From: the human T2T-CHM13v2.0 reference genome, Homo sapiens
Strand: one strand, 5' to 3'
Assembly: GCF_009914755.1 (NCBI RefSeq)
Contig: NC_060928.1
Length of the DNA: 64,000 nucleotides
In this document: piece by piece, positions 1 to 13,486 of the stretch
Numbering within the stretch: the stretch's first letter is position 1
Layout: the number at the start of each line of letters is the position of its first letter
Program-made: the position numbers and the translations under genes
The notes under the pieces: generated by a model
Databases searched by the model: none
The model's input: the letters and a program-made list of their open reading frames with translations, nothing else
What the model was told of the DNA's origin: nothing

Positions 1-185
1 TATGTGCATCAGAATTATTTATGCATGGGTTTGTGTATCTCAATTATGTGTACATATATTTCAGAATTATACACGTATAATGTGTATGTGCATGTGTATA
101 TCAGAATTCTATATGTATATGTGTTTCTATCAGAACTATATGTGCATATCAAAAATATGTAGGTATCAGATATATATTAGAATTT
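1..185. repeat. Degenerate (TATG/TG)-rich minisatellite with recurring TCAGAAT motif
   Basis: TCAGAATT/TCAGAACT recurs at 9, 61, 101 and 130 among TATGTG-like filler; explains the spurious ORF 2..223. Confidence 0.6.
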
Positions 186-1117
186 TCTCATGCTTAATTT
201 TTATTGCATATTTTTTCAAATAACAATTTCTGAATAGTAATAATATATCTTCATTTTTCTATATATAAATTTAAACACCATGTCTAGTAATTTCCCCAAA
301 GGTCAGAAGACAAGTTCTTAATCAAATCTGGCTTTTGCCATTTAAGATTTACATTTAGTCCATTCAGGAAGAACTGTTGTTTCCTCTCTGTCATCAATGA
401 TCATACGCATGTGTTTGGTGGTGGTTCTAGAACAGTTTCTATTTTAAGCCTGTTGTCTGGAATAATTATTATTATTCCCCCTTCTTACTCTTAAATATTC
501 CTGTGTTTGAATAATAATGTAAGTGGTCTTCAGCCTCTAGCAGCATTTTATTTGTAAGGTTTATGCATCACCATGTCATCAGGAGTAGATACCTAGCCTC
601 TGTCAACTCATCACCATGCACCTACTGAGATATAAGCCATATCTTTCTCACTCTGATTTTATCCACCTAGATTTCCTGGAGTACTACTCCAGTGACTCTT
701 TTGTCCAGTCACTGGTCTGGGCAAACTAAACTGTCTTCTTTCAGACAACAAAGTTTCCATAAATCTGTTGGCTTTTTCAATCATTTTTTATTCCTCTCTG
801 GCATATGTGAAAATTTGGATCTTCCCTTAAGACTCTCTCAAATTATAGGAAAATGGGGATAAAAAGTAGCACTATGACTCTCTCTGCTTAGACCCATGAT
901 GCCACCCCTTGTACTCTATGAGCCTATCCTATTATGAATAGGTGCACAGAAAATATTTACTTTCAAAATCTCGCCTTGGAGGTTAGTATATTTCTTCTCA
1001 GTGTTTGGATTACTGACCTTACCTGGAAGTTGATTTTTCTCCCCATCCAGCACTAGACCTCTAGGTAGAATTGGGCACAGAGTCCTCATCACTGAATCAA
1101 AATATCTTGTAGCCTAT

Positions 1118-2007
1118 TGATAGCAGCAGGAGACAGATGAATTCTGAGACAGACAGGGATGGGTCTCCAGTGAAACCTGACCTTCAAGCCAAAGACAATT
1201 TAAAGTCTGAAAGCTGAGCTGCCAGTTCCAGATGGAGTCCATGACTGGAGTGAGAACTTCCTTGATGCCTTTTAGCCAATTGAACGGTGCTTTTTCCAGG
1301 CCCGTATGGACAATTCAGCACACACTTACCCATTATGAGCCCATAAAAACCCAGGACTCAGCCTCGCAGATGGCTACCTGCTTTTGAGCCCCCTCTCAAA
1401 CAGAAGGATACCCACTCTGGGTCCCTTCTTATGTTGAAAGCTTTTCTGTCACTCGATAAAAATCTTCTCTGCCTTGGTCACTCTCTGGTATTCATGTACC
1501 TCAGTCTTCGTGGTCATGGGACAAGAACCCAGAACCCGCTGAGCTGTAACACTATTACCTTCCCTCTGGCTCTTGTTTAACAGGGGAGAAAAAGCTGCTG
1601 GGTGCCACATGCTCTCGCTGGCCAAGCTGTGGGCAGTGGAACTGAATGAGATGTGATACTTCCTGGGGACTCAGACCTCTGTACTTCTCACACAAAAGGT
1701 GTTAACGCTCCTTGAAGCTCAGCAGTTGCTGGCATCTCCAAGTTTTTGGGTGATGCAGCATCCCCCTCATCCACACACTGGGACCCAAGGCAGAAGCCAG
1801 TCGCAACACACCTGGACTAGCCGCAGGTTGAGCGCAAAGCCACTGCAGGCACAGAATCCTGGCTGATAGTGCGAGCAGCAGAGCACAGCATGCCAGGCTG
1901 AGTGGGTGGAGTGAGCCCAGCTGGCTTGAGCAAAGCCTGGGCAGAGGCACTGCCAGCCATGGAGAATTCCAGTTGGCAAAGTGGCACCAAAGAACCCCAT
2001 GGTAATA
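1118..2007 (+). mobile_element. Solo ERV1 LTR, LTR27/LTR28-like
   Basis: Starts TGATAGCAGCAGGAGACAG...GTGAAACCTGACCTTCAAGCCAAAGACA, like LTR27/28 5' ends; GC-rich U5; probable 4-bp TSD ctat/ttat. Confidence 0.7.
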
Positions 2008-2666
2008 TTATAACTCTTCGTTTCCTCTAGCTCAGAAAATAGTTATTTAGTCCACATAATGTTTAGGGGGGCACAATGTGCATGCAAAAGAAAAGTTCAA
2101 ATTTATCCCACTTGTTTTCTATCAAAATAACTATGTGAAATTGCTAAAATTCAAGAGTTTTTGAAGAGGGGGTATATTATGGTCCCAACATTAGCTCTTT
2201 CACTTAGAGGAAAAAAGCAGCTATATGAGTAAAGTATGCCAAATAAAGAGTGGAGTTGAAACACAGGGAGAAAAATAATTTTTAGTTAAGAATTCACTGT
2301 TCCATCACTCCATTTTCGATAGCGGAGTGGGGCTAACATAGTTTAAGCAACATGGTCACAAACTAGTAGCTTATTAAGATAATTATATGGTAGCACAAAG
2401 TAAGGAAAACAAAGTTTAAGGTGTCTTTAGTTTTTACATATTGCACAATATATTGCTATACATGATCAGAAAATGAGAGATTCCTAATACACAGGGCCCC
2501 AAAATAGAAAAAAATTGTTTATCACTATAGGCAGTCAACATGGGTATAAAAAAAGTGAAGCCAGTCACCTGCAGGAACAGAACCAGTAGTGAGGTCATAG
2601 CTACAAAGTTTGGAACCTCTCTTAAAAGAAGAGTGCAGCTATAGCTTTTCAAAATTTTCGAAAAGA

Positions 2667-2755
2667 GAGCTCTCATGGCACCACTGCACTCCAGCCTGGG
2701 CAACAGAGCGAGACTCCATCTCAAAAAATAAAATAAAATAAAAAAATAAAAACAA
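2667..2755 (+). mobile_element. 5'-truncated Alu 3' end with A-rich tail
   Basis: CCACTGCACTCCAGCCTGGGCAACAGAGCGAGACTCCATCTC followed by (AAAAT)n. Confidence 0.9.
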
Positions 2756-3280
2756 AATGAGTAATTTCTGACTATAATTTATTTCATATGAGAAAGTAAC
2801 AGATTTTGTTGAAAGGCCCTTTGAGAGTAATACTTATCATTTGCTTGTGTCAACTTAGAATTGTGAAATTTTCAAAAGATAGTAACAATTTTGTTGGGTT
2901 ATTAAAAAGGATAGAGTAGTCAGCCTTCCTTGATTTTCATTATTGTTCTTTGAGTGTTGCTCATGATTTGTGTTTGATTCTTTCCTTTTTTGGTGTTTAT
3001 TACTTTTATTGTTTATTCATTAGGGTAAGAGTAAAAGCTCATGGTATGATAATCTTTACAGGAAATTACTTTCCCTCTCTTAACATACCCCTACAGATAT
3101 ACTAACCTAAAAATAGACAGAATTTTGCTCATGCCTTTCATTGCATAGCTGAGCAAAAATTCACCTGACTCTTCAATTTCAGAATCAGTATGTATTTGAA
3201 CTCTGTGTATGGCTTCATGATACAATGTAGTGGAATACTGAAAGAGAATCTATCCGGCATTGTCATGTAGTTGCCATTTT

Positions 3281-3324
<44 letters not shown>

Positions 3325-3608
3325 TTTTTTGAGACGGAGTCTCGCTCTGTCACCAAGGCTGGAGTGCAGCGGCTGATCTCGGCTCACTGCCAACTCCACC
3401 TCCCGGGTTCAGGCCATTCTCTTGCCTCAGCCTCCGAGTAGCTGGGACTACAGGCGCCCGCCACCACGCCCGGCTAATTTTTTGTATTTTTAGTAGAGAT
3501 GGGGTTTCACCATGTTAGCCAGGGTGGTCTCGATCTCCTGACCTTGTGATCTGCCCGCCTTGGCCTCCCGAAGTGCTGGGATTACAGGCGTGAGCCACCG
3601 CGCCTGGC
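3281..3608 (-). mobile_element. AluY/Sc-type, full length, (TTTA)n tail
   Basis: Full Alu; TSD CAT(G/A)TAGTTGCCATTTTA at 3264-3281 and 3610-3627. Confidence 0.95.
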
Positions 3609-3853
3609 ACATATAGTTGCCATTTTAAACCTGAATATAGTAATTTTGAGGATAATGACATACGTCAGGGAAAAGAAAAGAAACTACCATTGAAATATTA
3701 TTATTGGGTACTCTGTAGTTTTTAAAAAGTAAATCATGTAATAAAAACTTAAAATGCCAAAAACCGTCAAGGCACCAAATACCTGATTAGATAAACAAAG
3801 GCAAATCTACTAACATTTCATTTCAAAACTTGCATTTTATACAAGCATTTTCT

Positions 3854-4160
<307 letters not shown>

Positions 4161-4729
4161 ACAAGCATTTTCTTAAATAAGTGAGGTGAAGCAACAAAGT
4201 CACCTGAAGCAAGATTCAAATAGGATACAGAAGTAACTAAATCTTAAAGTTAAAAATATCAGAATACATCTAGCAAAAAAAGATTTAAAATATTACATAT
4301 ATTTAAAAATCAATATAATATTATGGGCATACATATTTTGTTGACAATTTAAAAAATATTTAGCATGTACTTGAATATTTGAAATTATATAAAACCAATT
4401 AAAATGTATTTGGCAGAAAATGCAGGTATTTCAGGTAACATAATCAGAGTACACTTAAAGCCTTAGAGAAATTAAAAAAAAAACAAAACTTCACAGTATT
4501 ACTATGTTTGACAATTCTGATTACTCATATATTAAAAAATTAAGTCATTATAGGATACTAGAAGTCTCAACTGATTGAAAACATAACCTTGTATTATATT
4601 CTAGTATAATGCATACTAATTATTCGCATACCAGCATATATTAAAGAATCAAACATTTCAGGCCAATTTTTATTGGGAAATTTTTGTCTTCCACCTATTT
4701 CTGTCAGAAATTTATTAACCAAGGTGTTG

Positions 4730-5390
4730 GTAATGAAGTAAAATTCACATGACATAAAATTCACCACTTTAAAAAATATAATTCAGCCACATTAGGTACA
4801 TATATAATGTTGTTTAACCACCACCATCTATTTTCAAAACATTTTTTTGTCTCAGAAGAAAATGCAATACCCATTAATCACTTCCCATCGTTCCCTCCCC
4901 TCAGTCTCTGAAAACCATCATTTTGCTTTTTGTCCGTATGGATTTACCTGTTCTGAATGTTACACACAAATAGAATCCTAAATATGTATATGTGTTTATA
5001 CACACACATACACACACACACACGCACCATATTTTGTTTATTCATTAATCTGTTGATGAACATTTGGCATGTTTTCACTTTTGGCTACTGTCAGTAGTCT
5101 TTCCAAAATGTCTTGGGGAAGTAAATATCTTGAAGTGGAATTGCTGTGTAATATGATTATTCTACGTTTAAATTTGACAGAAGAACTGCCAAAATTCCCA
5201 CCATGGCTGCAACACTATACATTCCTATCAGCGACGTGCAAAGGACTCCAATTTCTACATATCCTTCCAAACACTTTTTATTTTCTTTTTAAAAAGTCAT
5301 TATAGTCATTCATGGATTTGAAATCGTATCTCATTGTAGTTTTGATTTGTATTTCCCTAATGGTCAATGATGTTAAACACCTTTTATGAA
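4730..5390 (-). mobile_element. Old L1 (L1MB-like) 3' end with (CA)n at about 5000-5025
   Basis: L1M 3'UTR motifs: AAAATTCACCACTTT, GGATTTACCTGTTCTG, TCTCATTGTAGTTTTGATTTGTATTTCCCTAATG. Confidence 0.8.
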
Positions 5391-6314
5391 TTTTAAGCGA
5401 GGTCTTTTATGATAATATTTTCCCAGTGTGATACTGCCAGTTTTTTCCCCCATGGTAAAGGATAATTATGAACATTGCAGAAATTTCCAAACTCTCTAAA
5501 ATATGATTACTTTTAAAAAGATATAATTAAAAATGTGTATTAAAATCACCTTAACAAAATTCAATGACAAAGCCTGAAAATATTTAAAATGTCTTAGCTT
5601 CATTTTAATGTGAAAAAACATACAAATTCATAAGCAAACTCTAAAAATGCGGCCAATAAGCAAACAATAAGGCTTGATAATGTATATACACATTAAAATG
5701 CATAAGTAGCCATATTTAGCATGCTTGAACTCTAAAATGAAAAATCAAAACTGATGAATTTATGGTATATACGTAAGGTATGAATGTAAACTTTCTGAGA
5801 AACTACTTTTATAATGTGTATTAAGAGTCTTCAAACACCTTCATTCCAATTGATCTCAGGATTTCTTTGTAAAATTTATCCAACAAATCATCAGATAAAG
5901 TAAAAACATCAATAAATATCCACCTCACCAAAATATTATTTATCTCTGAGTAGTAAATATTATGCTCCTGTTTGTCATAGTTTTAGCACTGCTCAAAGGT
6001 TAGTTTGGTTCAAGTAAAATGAAGTTTTTTTCTGGATTAAAAATGGTTGACTGTGGGCATTTACGTATGGTGTAACCTATATAATACTTACGTTAAAAAA
6101 ATTACAGTAAAAAAAGTGTTAGAACTCAATATTAGAAAAACATGCACCAAATTTGTTTGGTTTTGGTGAATTATAAGATGTGGTGGCTGGTGGTGTTTTT
6201 GCCCACCATTCTGTTTGTTACCCTTCCTCTATAATTTTAATGCCTTTCTTTGAAGAACTGGTATATTTTCCATAGTATATTCCAGCTACATCTAAACTTA
6301 CAGGATAAAATACA

Positions 6315-6775
6315 TATCATTTAGCTTTTGTTGCATAACAAAACATCTCAAAGCTTCATGTCTCAGAGCAAAATCGAATTTATTTGCTTGAAATCCTGTG
6401 GATCAGCCAGTGTTATTTTAGACTGGTCCAGGTGGGCTGATCTCTGTGGTAAGCTAATAGCTTGCTTGACTGTGAAGGGATGGTCAGAGATATCCTCACC
6501 CTTATACCTGGGGTCTCATCACTGACTTATGGGATTGCTGAGGCCTGTCTATACATGGTCTTTCCTCCCCAAATGGGCAAACCTTGGATTATTCACATAG
6601 TGGAAAAGCGTAGGGTAGAAATAAAGGGGCAAGCCCAGAGCACAAGCACTTTTCAGTTCTCTGCTAGTATCATAATTGCTAATGACAATTAGATGAAATA
6701 ATAAGACCCAAGTCCAGATTCAAGAGTGGAAAATAGATTCCATTTCTTCGTGGGATAAACTGCAAAATATTATAT
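6315..6775 (-). mobile_element. MLT1 (ERVL-MaLR) LTR
   Basis: TTGTTGCATAACAAA...CAAAGCTT...CACAAGCACTTTTCAG...CCAGATTCAAGAGTGG, typical of old MLT1 LTRs. Confidence 0.65.
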
Positions 6776-7286
6776 TTTCCAATCAGAACAGAAGTGTTTT
6801 TCTGTTGTGGTGTGTTGTTTTTCCTATTTACTCACAGGGACTAAGCATCTGATTCTGAGCATCTTAATATATGAAAGTAAATGGTGGCAGAATGAATGTG
6901 GCTTATTACTTCCACGCCTTTTATTGAATCTGGAAAGCATAAGTTTTCCATTAGGGAGATTGTTGGCTATATGTGAAGAATATTCAAATTTCTGTTAAAT
7001 AATAGTAACTGTGTGTTTGAGTGTCCTTAAAAAGATATCTATGAGAGACCTGTAGACCATTTTCTTTCCTATCCTAATAACAACAAGCTTTGAAGATGAG
7101 TGGTGAAGGTGGGTCTGAATTACCAGATCAAATTTACTGTGAATGACTCCTCCTTTCACAACTTTGAAATCAATGGACTGATGCAGAAATAAGAGTAATG
7201 CCCATTTTAAATGCTTACAATGTTTTCAAGTCTGTCATATGTGAATTTTTGTTCTATTGAACACTGCAGCAATGAGTTTGAAACTT

Positions 7287-7570
7287 TTTTTTTTTTTTCT
7301 GAGACGGGGTCTCGCTCTGTCGCCCAGGCTGGAGTGCAGTGGCGCGATCTCAGCTCACTGCAAGCTCCGCCTCCTGGGTTCACGCCATTCTCCTGCCTCA
7401 GCCTCTCCGAGTAGCTGGGACTACAGGCGACCGCCACCACGCCTGGCTAATTTTTTATATTTTTAGTAGAGACGGGATTTCACTGTGGTCTCCATCTCCT
7501 GACCTTGTGATCTGCCCGCCTCGGCCTCCCAAAGTGCTGGGATTACAAGCGTGAGCCACCGCGCCCAGCC
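7287..7570 (-). mobile_element. AluY of the Yd lineage (AluYd3/Yc3-like)
   Basis: 12-nt deletion (sense GAGACCACAGTGAAA), GCTTGTAATC and ACTCGGAGAGG diagnostics; TSD GAGTTTGAAACTT at 7274-7286 and 7571-7583. Confidence 0.85.
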
Positions 7571-10030
7571 GAGTTTGAAACTTCAAAGTGGCACTCATAA
7601 CAGAAGAGGTAGTGCCTTGTGGACTACTTTAAGAAAGCACAATAGGATATCTACACCATTACTTAGTTTCTGGATATCACCCATAGCATTGCATTTAGAG
7701 CATTAATAAAGATTGTAGTAGAAAACATTGGGGTAAATTAAATAAATAAACCAGTGTATTTGAGCAGCTAGTGCAAAGAGCCTAAACTATGAATGCACAC
7801 TAGAAGATGTCAATAAATTGTAAGAAAATAAACCTAGAAGAAGTGGGTAGTAGAAATCTGTAACAGAAAAAGATTGATAAACTCAAAAATTTGTATTGAC
7901 TATAGTAGAACTCCAAAATTGAATATCTGAAATTGGTTATGATACATGTAAGTTGGGAATAATAATACTTATTTGCAATTTTTGTGAAGATTTATTTGAA
8001 GCACTAAAAAAAACCACATTTTCCTAAACACAAGTTTAATAAATAATGCTTTATTGTCTACTATAGAGAGCTGAAACACAACTTCTTAAGACAATAACAA
8101 TCACTGACACCAGAGTCTTAGTTATAAGAAGAGAGAGGTTTGAAGCCCAGGAATTTGGAATAGAATAGGATTGGCATTGAATTGAGATGAAAGTATTCAG
8201 GAAGGGATCTAGTAGATTAAATACTGTATTAAATTGGCTTACCAACTTTTTCAGAGGAGTAAACTCAAGAATCTATGAACAAAGACTAATTTTATGGGAT
8301 GTAGTATGTTCATTTTCATGAATGTACATATTTGTTTCTAAGACTTTCAGGCTTAATTATCTAAATAACAGGAATTTATAGTTAGAAATGCTAAAGTCTC
8401 TTCACAAAGTACTTTAGGCATTTAGAAGCAGAGCTGAAATCATAATTTATGTATTCCTAGTTATATATTCAATTAGTTGGACTTATTCAAAAATTCCTGA
8501 TTGAGTTGAAACAGAGCAGGTATTGAATTGGTTATTGTACGGAGTGAACCATATATGCTAATATAAAATTCAGTGCCCAAGTAAAAATATTTAATTTTAG
8601 ATGAAGTTTTTCCCAATGAATAACATCTTTAACAGCCCATTTCTAGAAAAATTATAATGGAAGAATTGGCAGTTAGACTAACGAGTTTAAATTTTTATAT
8701 CCCAAATAATTTTGTCTTATATACAATATGTACCTTCAAATAAATTTGTTTTAATAATAAAGAGAAATAGTGCTCACGGATTGCTTGAAGTCAACAGCAC
8801 ATTGCTGTTACATGTGGTTCTTTAAAAGTATGATGGTTCTTGTTTTCTGTCAAACTCCCCTGAGCTTAAACGGAAATATGGCAACAAAACTTTGACAATT
8901 TCTCATAAAAGCAATTCTGAATGTGGTGAAATCTACTCTAAAATCTCAGTGTGAATATTGAACAACCAGTTTATTATGGATAGATTTTTACCCATATAAA
9001 TAATAACGTCTAAAATAAATAAAAAATTCCTGATCAAGAATCTCTAACATACTTTAAAGTCAAAAATGGCAACAACATAAAATCTCTATAGACCTGACAG
9101 TCTGATGAAAAAGTTCCCATTGTGGCACTATCTTTTAGAAAATATATAAATCAAGTGATTACAACCACTTTTTCTTTTTTAAATTGGCCTGTAAAGTTAC
9201 TGGCAGAAAATCTTTAAATTCCAAATGAAAAATAATAATGCAATAACCACACTCAGCTATGACCTGAAAAAATGTATAACAATCAATGTAATAAAGACTG
9301 TCTAACTTGAGTGTTTTTTTTTTTAAAGACAGAATAATACATCCATATATAAAGGTCATTTTGCCAGCCAAATATTCTCTGCAGGGGAAAAAATGCTGAT
9401 AAACATTCATTTTTCTTAGGTTGTAATATATTTTTATATCCTAGAAATGCAAGAATTTTGTTTCCAATGTTTAAAATAATCCTCTAGGATATGAAAACAT
9501 CTCTGCAGGAGGTTATTGTAAATATATGTATCATTCACCTTGTATGTTTGTGAGGAAAAAATAGTTTTAAGCATTAAATATTCTAAACTACCATGAGTTT
9601 AAAAGTCTATGTTTGTGGAAAAATGAAAAAAATAAATATAAAATTCTTGGCTGAGAAAAGCCTTTAATATAGACATACTATAATAATTTATGTGTATTCT
9701 GGATATCCATGCCTAGCAGAAGATCCCTTGTCTTTTCTTGAAGAACCATTGATATCGATACTTCAAACGAAAATCAAGAGATAGTCCACTATGTTCTAAA
9801 CAGAAGTTTATACAAGTTGTACAAAAAAGTTATTTATTATCTCTAAATTTTATATTAAAATTTTCACTAAAATGCTTTATAGTGAAGATACCATAGCTGT
9901 CCCTGTAAATTACATACCATTGCACACTACATAGATGGATCAGAAGGTATAGATGAATCTTTTAAAAAATTGAATTTCATGTTAACATGATGGCATACAC
10001 TATTTGTGTTGAAGTTCTTTCCATTAAGCA

Positions 10031-10320
10031 CATTTTTCGATGGATGTTGGGGCAGGGTTTGGTTTTGGGATGAAACTGTTCCACCTCAGATTATCAGGCA
10101 TTAGATTCTCATAAGGAGTGCACAACCTAGAGCCCTCACATGTACAGTTCATAATAGGGTTTGTGCTCCTATGAGAGGCTAATGCAGCTGCTAATCTGAC
10201 AGGAGGCGAAGCTCAGGCAGTTGTGCTTGCTCGCCTGCCACTCACCTCCTTCTGAGCAACCTGGTTTCTAACAGGCCGTGGACCAGTATCAGTCCATGGC
10301 CCAGGAGTTGGGGACCTTTT
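10031..10320 (+). mobile_element. MER1B hAT-Charlie DNA transposon, 5' end missing
   Basis: GGGATGAAACTGTTCCACCTCAGATTATCAGGCATTAGATTCTCATAAGGAG...GGAGTTGGGGACC. Confidence 0.85.
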
Positions 10321-10404
10321 CTTTAGAGTAGTTTTTCTTATGTTATTGTGATATAGTATATAACGTATAGTAGAAAATACATAAGTGTTAATGTCAATCC
10401 AAAT

Positions 10405-10565
10405 TTAGAGTTAGACTGGGCTCTGCTACTTCTTACTCTGTGATCATGGGAAATTTTATTAACCTTTTTACTGTGTTATTTGTATCACATCTGGGAAGGT
10501 TGTTGAGAATTACATCTAGTGCTTGTAAATCCCTTGCTATGTCATAAGTATTCAATAGATTATAG
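10405..10565 (+). mobile_element. MIR fragment
   Basis: GGCTCTGCTACTT...CTGTGATCATGGG...GTTGAGAATTA...AAGTATTCAATA. Confidence 0.6.
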
Positions 10566-10639
10566 ATAATTTAGTTACAGTATTCTACATTAATATTGAA
10601 CCTATTATTATTGAAACCTTAATTTCTTGGTCTGAGCTT

Positions 10640-10930
10640 TTATTTATTGAGGGCCTATTATATGCTTGAAATGAAAAAGAGCTAAAAACACCAAAATGAA
10701 AACACAGACAAATAACCCCCTGCTCTTAGAATCTTTCTGGCAGAAAAGAGAAACATTAAATATATCTGTCAGTAAAATTTTGTGAGTGGTTTAATCCAGA
10801 AACATATCAGCATAGCATAGGGGTATAAATTAAGGATATCTAGGGATATCATGTTAAGTTTGTCTGAGAAAGTGACAATTCAACTGAAATATAGATAAAC
10901 AGTTGTAATTAGATCAGTGAAGGTGGAAAA
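10640..10930 (-). mobile_element. L2 fragment
   Basis: TATTTATTGAGGGCCTATTATATG...CCCCTGCTCT...CTGAGAAAGTGACAATT. Confidence 0.55.
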
Positions 10931-10959
10931 GTGTAGAATTAAAACATTGACTCATAATC

Positions 10960-11128
10960 TATGAGTCTCAACTTTGGCTGTCCATGAGAATTAGCTGGAG
11001 AAGTTTTAAAAAATCCCACTGCAGACATCAACTAACATAAATCAGAAGCTCTGTGGATGAGATCTAGGCATAACGTTTTAATGATCCTCAGGTGATTCCA
11101 ATGCACAGATAATTTTGAGAACAACTGA
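10960..11128. mobile_element. MER5A-type hAT DNA transposon
   Basis: TCTCAACTTTGGCTG...AAATCAGAAGCTCTG...CAGGTGATTCCAATGCACAG...TTGAGAACAACTG. Confidence 0.7.
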
Positions 11129-11784
11129 CTCAGAGAAATAAAAACTATAAAATTTTAAAGAAATGATTTCAGTTGTGCTAAAGTATAGAATGAAAAAAAT
11201 GTTAGAGACCAGTGTGCACAAATCCCAAGTTTAATTTTTTTAATTTAATTAGAGTGCTTCAGTTATTCAGTAATAGCTAATGAGATATGATGTAAACTTT
11301 CTTTTGACCACATTTGTGGCTCTTAACACCTTCCAATTTTTCTATTATGGTACCATATCATGTATTTTAATGTTCTGTTTGCTATCTTCTGGGCACATTC
11401 CTTTGTTAATGATGTTCTTATAGTGGGTTAATTAGGATATATCACAGTGCCCTAAAATGGGTCTGAACAGAAAAGACAGTGAAATACATTCACCTCACTT
11501 GCCCCATGTGGGGGATGTATTTGATACTTAACAAAGAATGCTGTGATGATTGAAATAAACTTGAATCTATAGAGTGCTGTGGAAAAAACACTGGACTTGA
11601 TGACAAGAAATGATGTATGCAAATTGCTAACACCTCACAGAATGATGTTGGGAATTTGGACCTACTATTATAGAATAAAGTGAGCAAAGGAGAACAGTTC
11701 TATGAATGGCAATTTGTGGTAGTCAAATGGTTTCTGACATTTTTTTTCTACTTCTCTTTTTGTAACACGAAACACATTTTCTAA

Positions 11785-11830
11785 GGTCCTTTGCAATATT
11801 ATGAGTTGGTCCTTTGCAATATTATGAGTT
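11785..11830. repeat. Perfect 23-bp tandem duplication
   Basis: GGTCCTTTGCAATATTATGAGTT x2. Confidence 0.95.
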
Positions 11831-12199
11831 TATCTGCAAACTGTTTATCTATACAGTGTTAACACTGAATGGAAATATAATGAACACTAAGTGCAGTGTA
11901 AACATGAGTTTTCTTAAGCAGCTCAGTTCTTCCTAAACCATATTCTGAAAGCTATATTTTTTGACCTTGTGAAAGATAATTACCCTTATTATGTCTTTGA
12001 CTTCAACTGTGTTTAAAAAAGCCATAGACAATTAACTATGCTATAGAAATTGTGAGATGCTTATAGAAATGCATCTAATTATGTTTTCATGATGCTTTGA
12101 AACACTTGAAAGAAATGTTATAAAACAGCAGAGGCTATTTTAAGTATAGTGTTTTCTTTTGTGATCATTACTGTTTAATTTTTATAGAAAATTAATAAT

Positions 12200-13024
12200 C
12201 ATTACTGGTGGCAAGTATCGGAGTCACATGGTGGTGAATCCGCATGGGTCTGCAGGAACCTTAATTCTTGCCTCCTTAGAAGAAAGCATTTGATTTTTTG
12301 TCCTTGCGATAGTTGGCTGAAAATGATGGTTTCCAGGGTGTGGGGAGCGGGGAGGGATAGCATTAGGAGATATAGCTAATGCTAAATGACGAGTTAATGG
12401 GTGCAGCACACCAACATGGCACATGTATACATATGTAACAAACCTGCACGTTGTGCACATGTACCCTAAAACTTAAAGTATAATAAAAATATAAAAAATA
12501 AAAAAAAAAGAAGAAAGAATTTGACTGACGGGCATAAGGCAGAAAAATAGACTGAGGCAAGTTTCAGAGCAGGAGTGGAAGTTTATTAAAAAGGTTTAGA
12601 ACAGGAAGGAAAATAAAGAAAGGAAGGAAGGAAAATAAAGAAAGGAAGGAAGGAAAAGAAAGAAAGGAAGGAAAGTACACTTGGAAGAGGGCCAGGCGGA
12701 TGACTTGAAACCAAGTGTACCACTTGACCTCTTGACTTGGGGTTTTATACATTGACTAACTTCCAGGATCTTGCACTGCTTCTCCCCACCCCTGAGACCT
12801 TATTGGGAAGCTTCTGATCAGTTTCAGGTGTTTTCTATCTATATCTATTAGTAGACTGCCTTTCCCTAGTGCTGGCTGTGACCAATTATTACTTTAGAGA
12901 AACAGTTAACAACTGCCTGACCATCACCTGATGGTCGCCCAACACTCCTGGTGTGTGAGGGGTGGTGGTGAAGGGAGAGCCCTCTCCTACCCTGCTCATA
13001 CATGACTAGCTACCTACTATAACA
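12200..13024 (-). mobile_element. MER50 ERV1 solo LTR, interrupted by an L1PA insertion and an internal GGAA/GAAA expansion (12603-12675)
   Basis: Right end reverse-complements to TGTTATAGTAGGTAGCTAGTCATGTATGAGCAGGGTAGGAGAGGG (MER50 5' end); GGGTCTGCAG...AATTCTTGCCTCC at the other end. Confidence 0.8.
12294..12508 (+). mobile_element. 5'-truncated, 5'-inverted L1PA3-like insertion
   Basis: 12337-12508 is a sense L1 3' end with poly(A); 12294-12336 is antisense L1 3' region; TSD AGAAGAAAG(C/A)ATTTGA at 12278-12293 and 12509-12524. Confidence 0.92.
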
Positions 13025-13044
13025 TTAATCACTATCTTTTATTA

Positions 13045-13230
13045 AGCATTGATGTTCTGAGGACTGTTGTAAGGTTTTAAATTTATTCAATTATTTTATT
13101 CACTGAAATCCCATAAAAGACTTATTAGCTTTATTTTACAAATGAGAAAGCTTATGCTAAAGAGAAAAAGTAGCTTATCCACTAACACACAGTAGGAATT
13201 AGCACTCATAGAATCATAGGATTCAGAGTT
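13045..13230 (-). mobile_element. MIR fragment
   Basis: TTTATTTTACAAATGAGAAAGCTTATGCT...AAGTAGCTTATCC. Confidence 0.55.
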
Positions 13231-13486
13231 TATGGGAATCAATATTATTTCAAGTTTTTTTCTGTTTGAATATTTTAATCACTGGCATTAAGAATAATCT
13301 GTGTGAGTCATGGTTAAGAAAGATTAATTAATAACCCACTATATGTCAAAGAAGGTCAAACAAGGTGCTGGTCACTAGAGTATGGTGGTGAATTTAAAAA
13401 ATATGGTCACTGCCTTCATGGATTCTAATGGAGCATCAGGCAAAACCAAGCTATCAGGCAGGTGTAGGTAATATTAAGAAAGTTGA

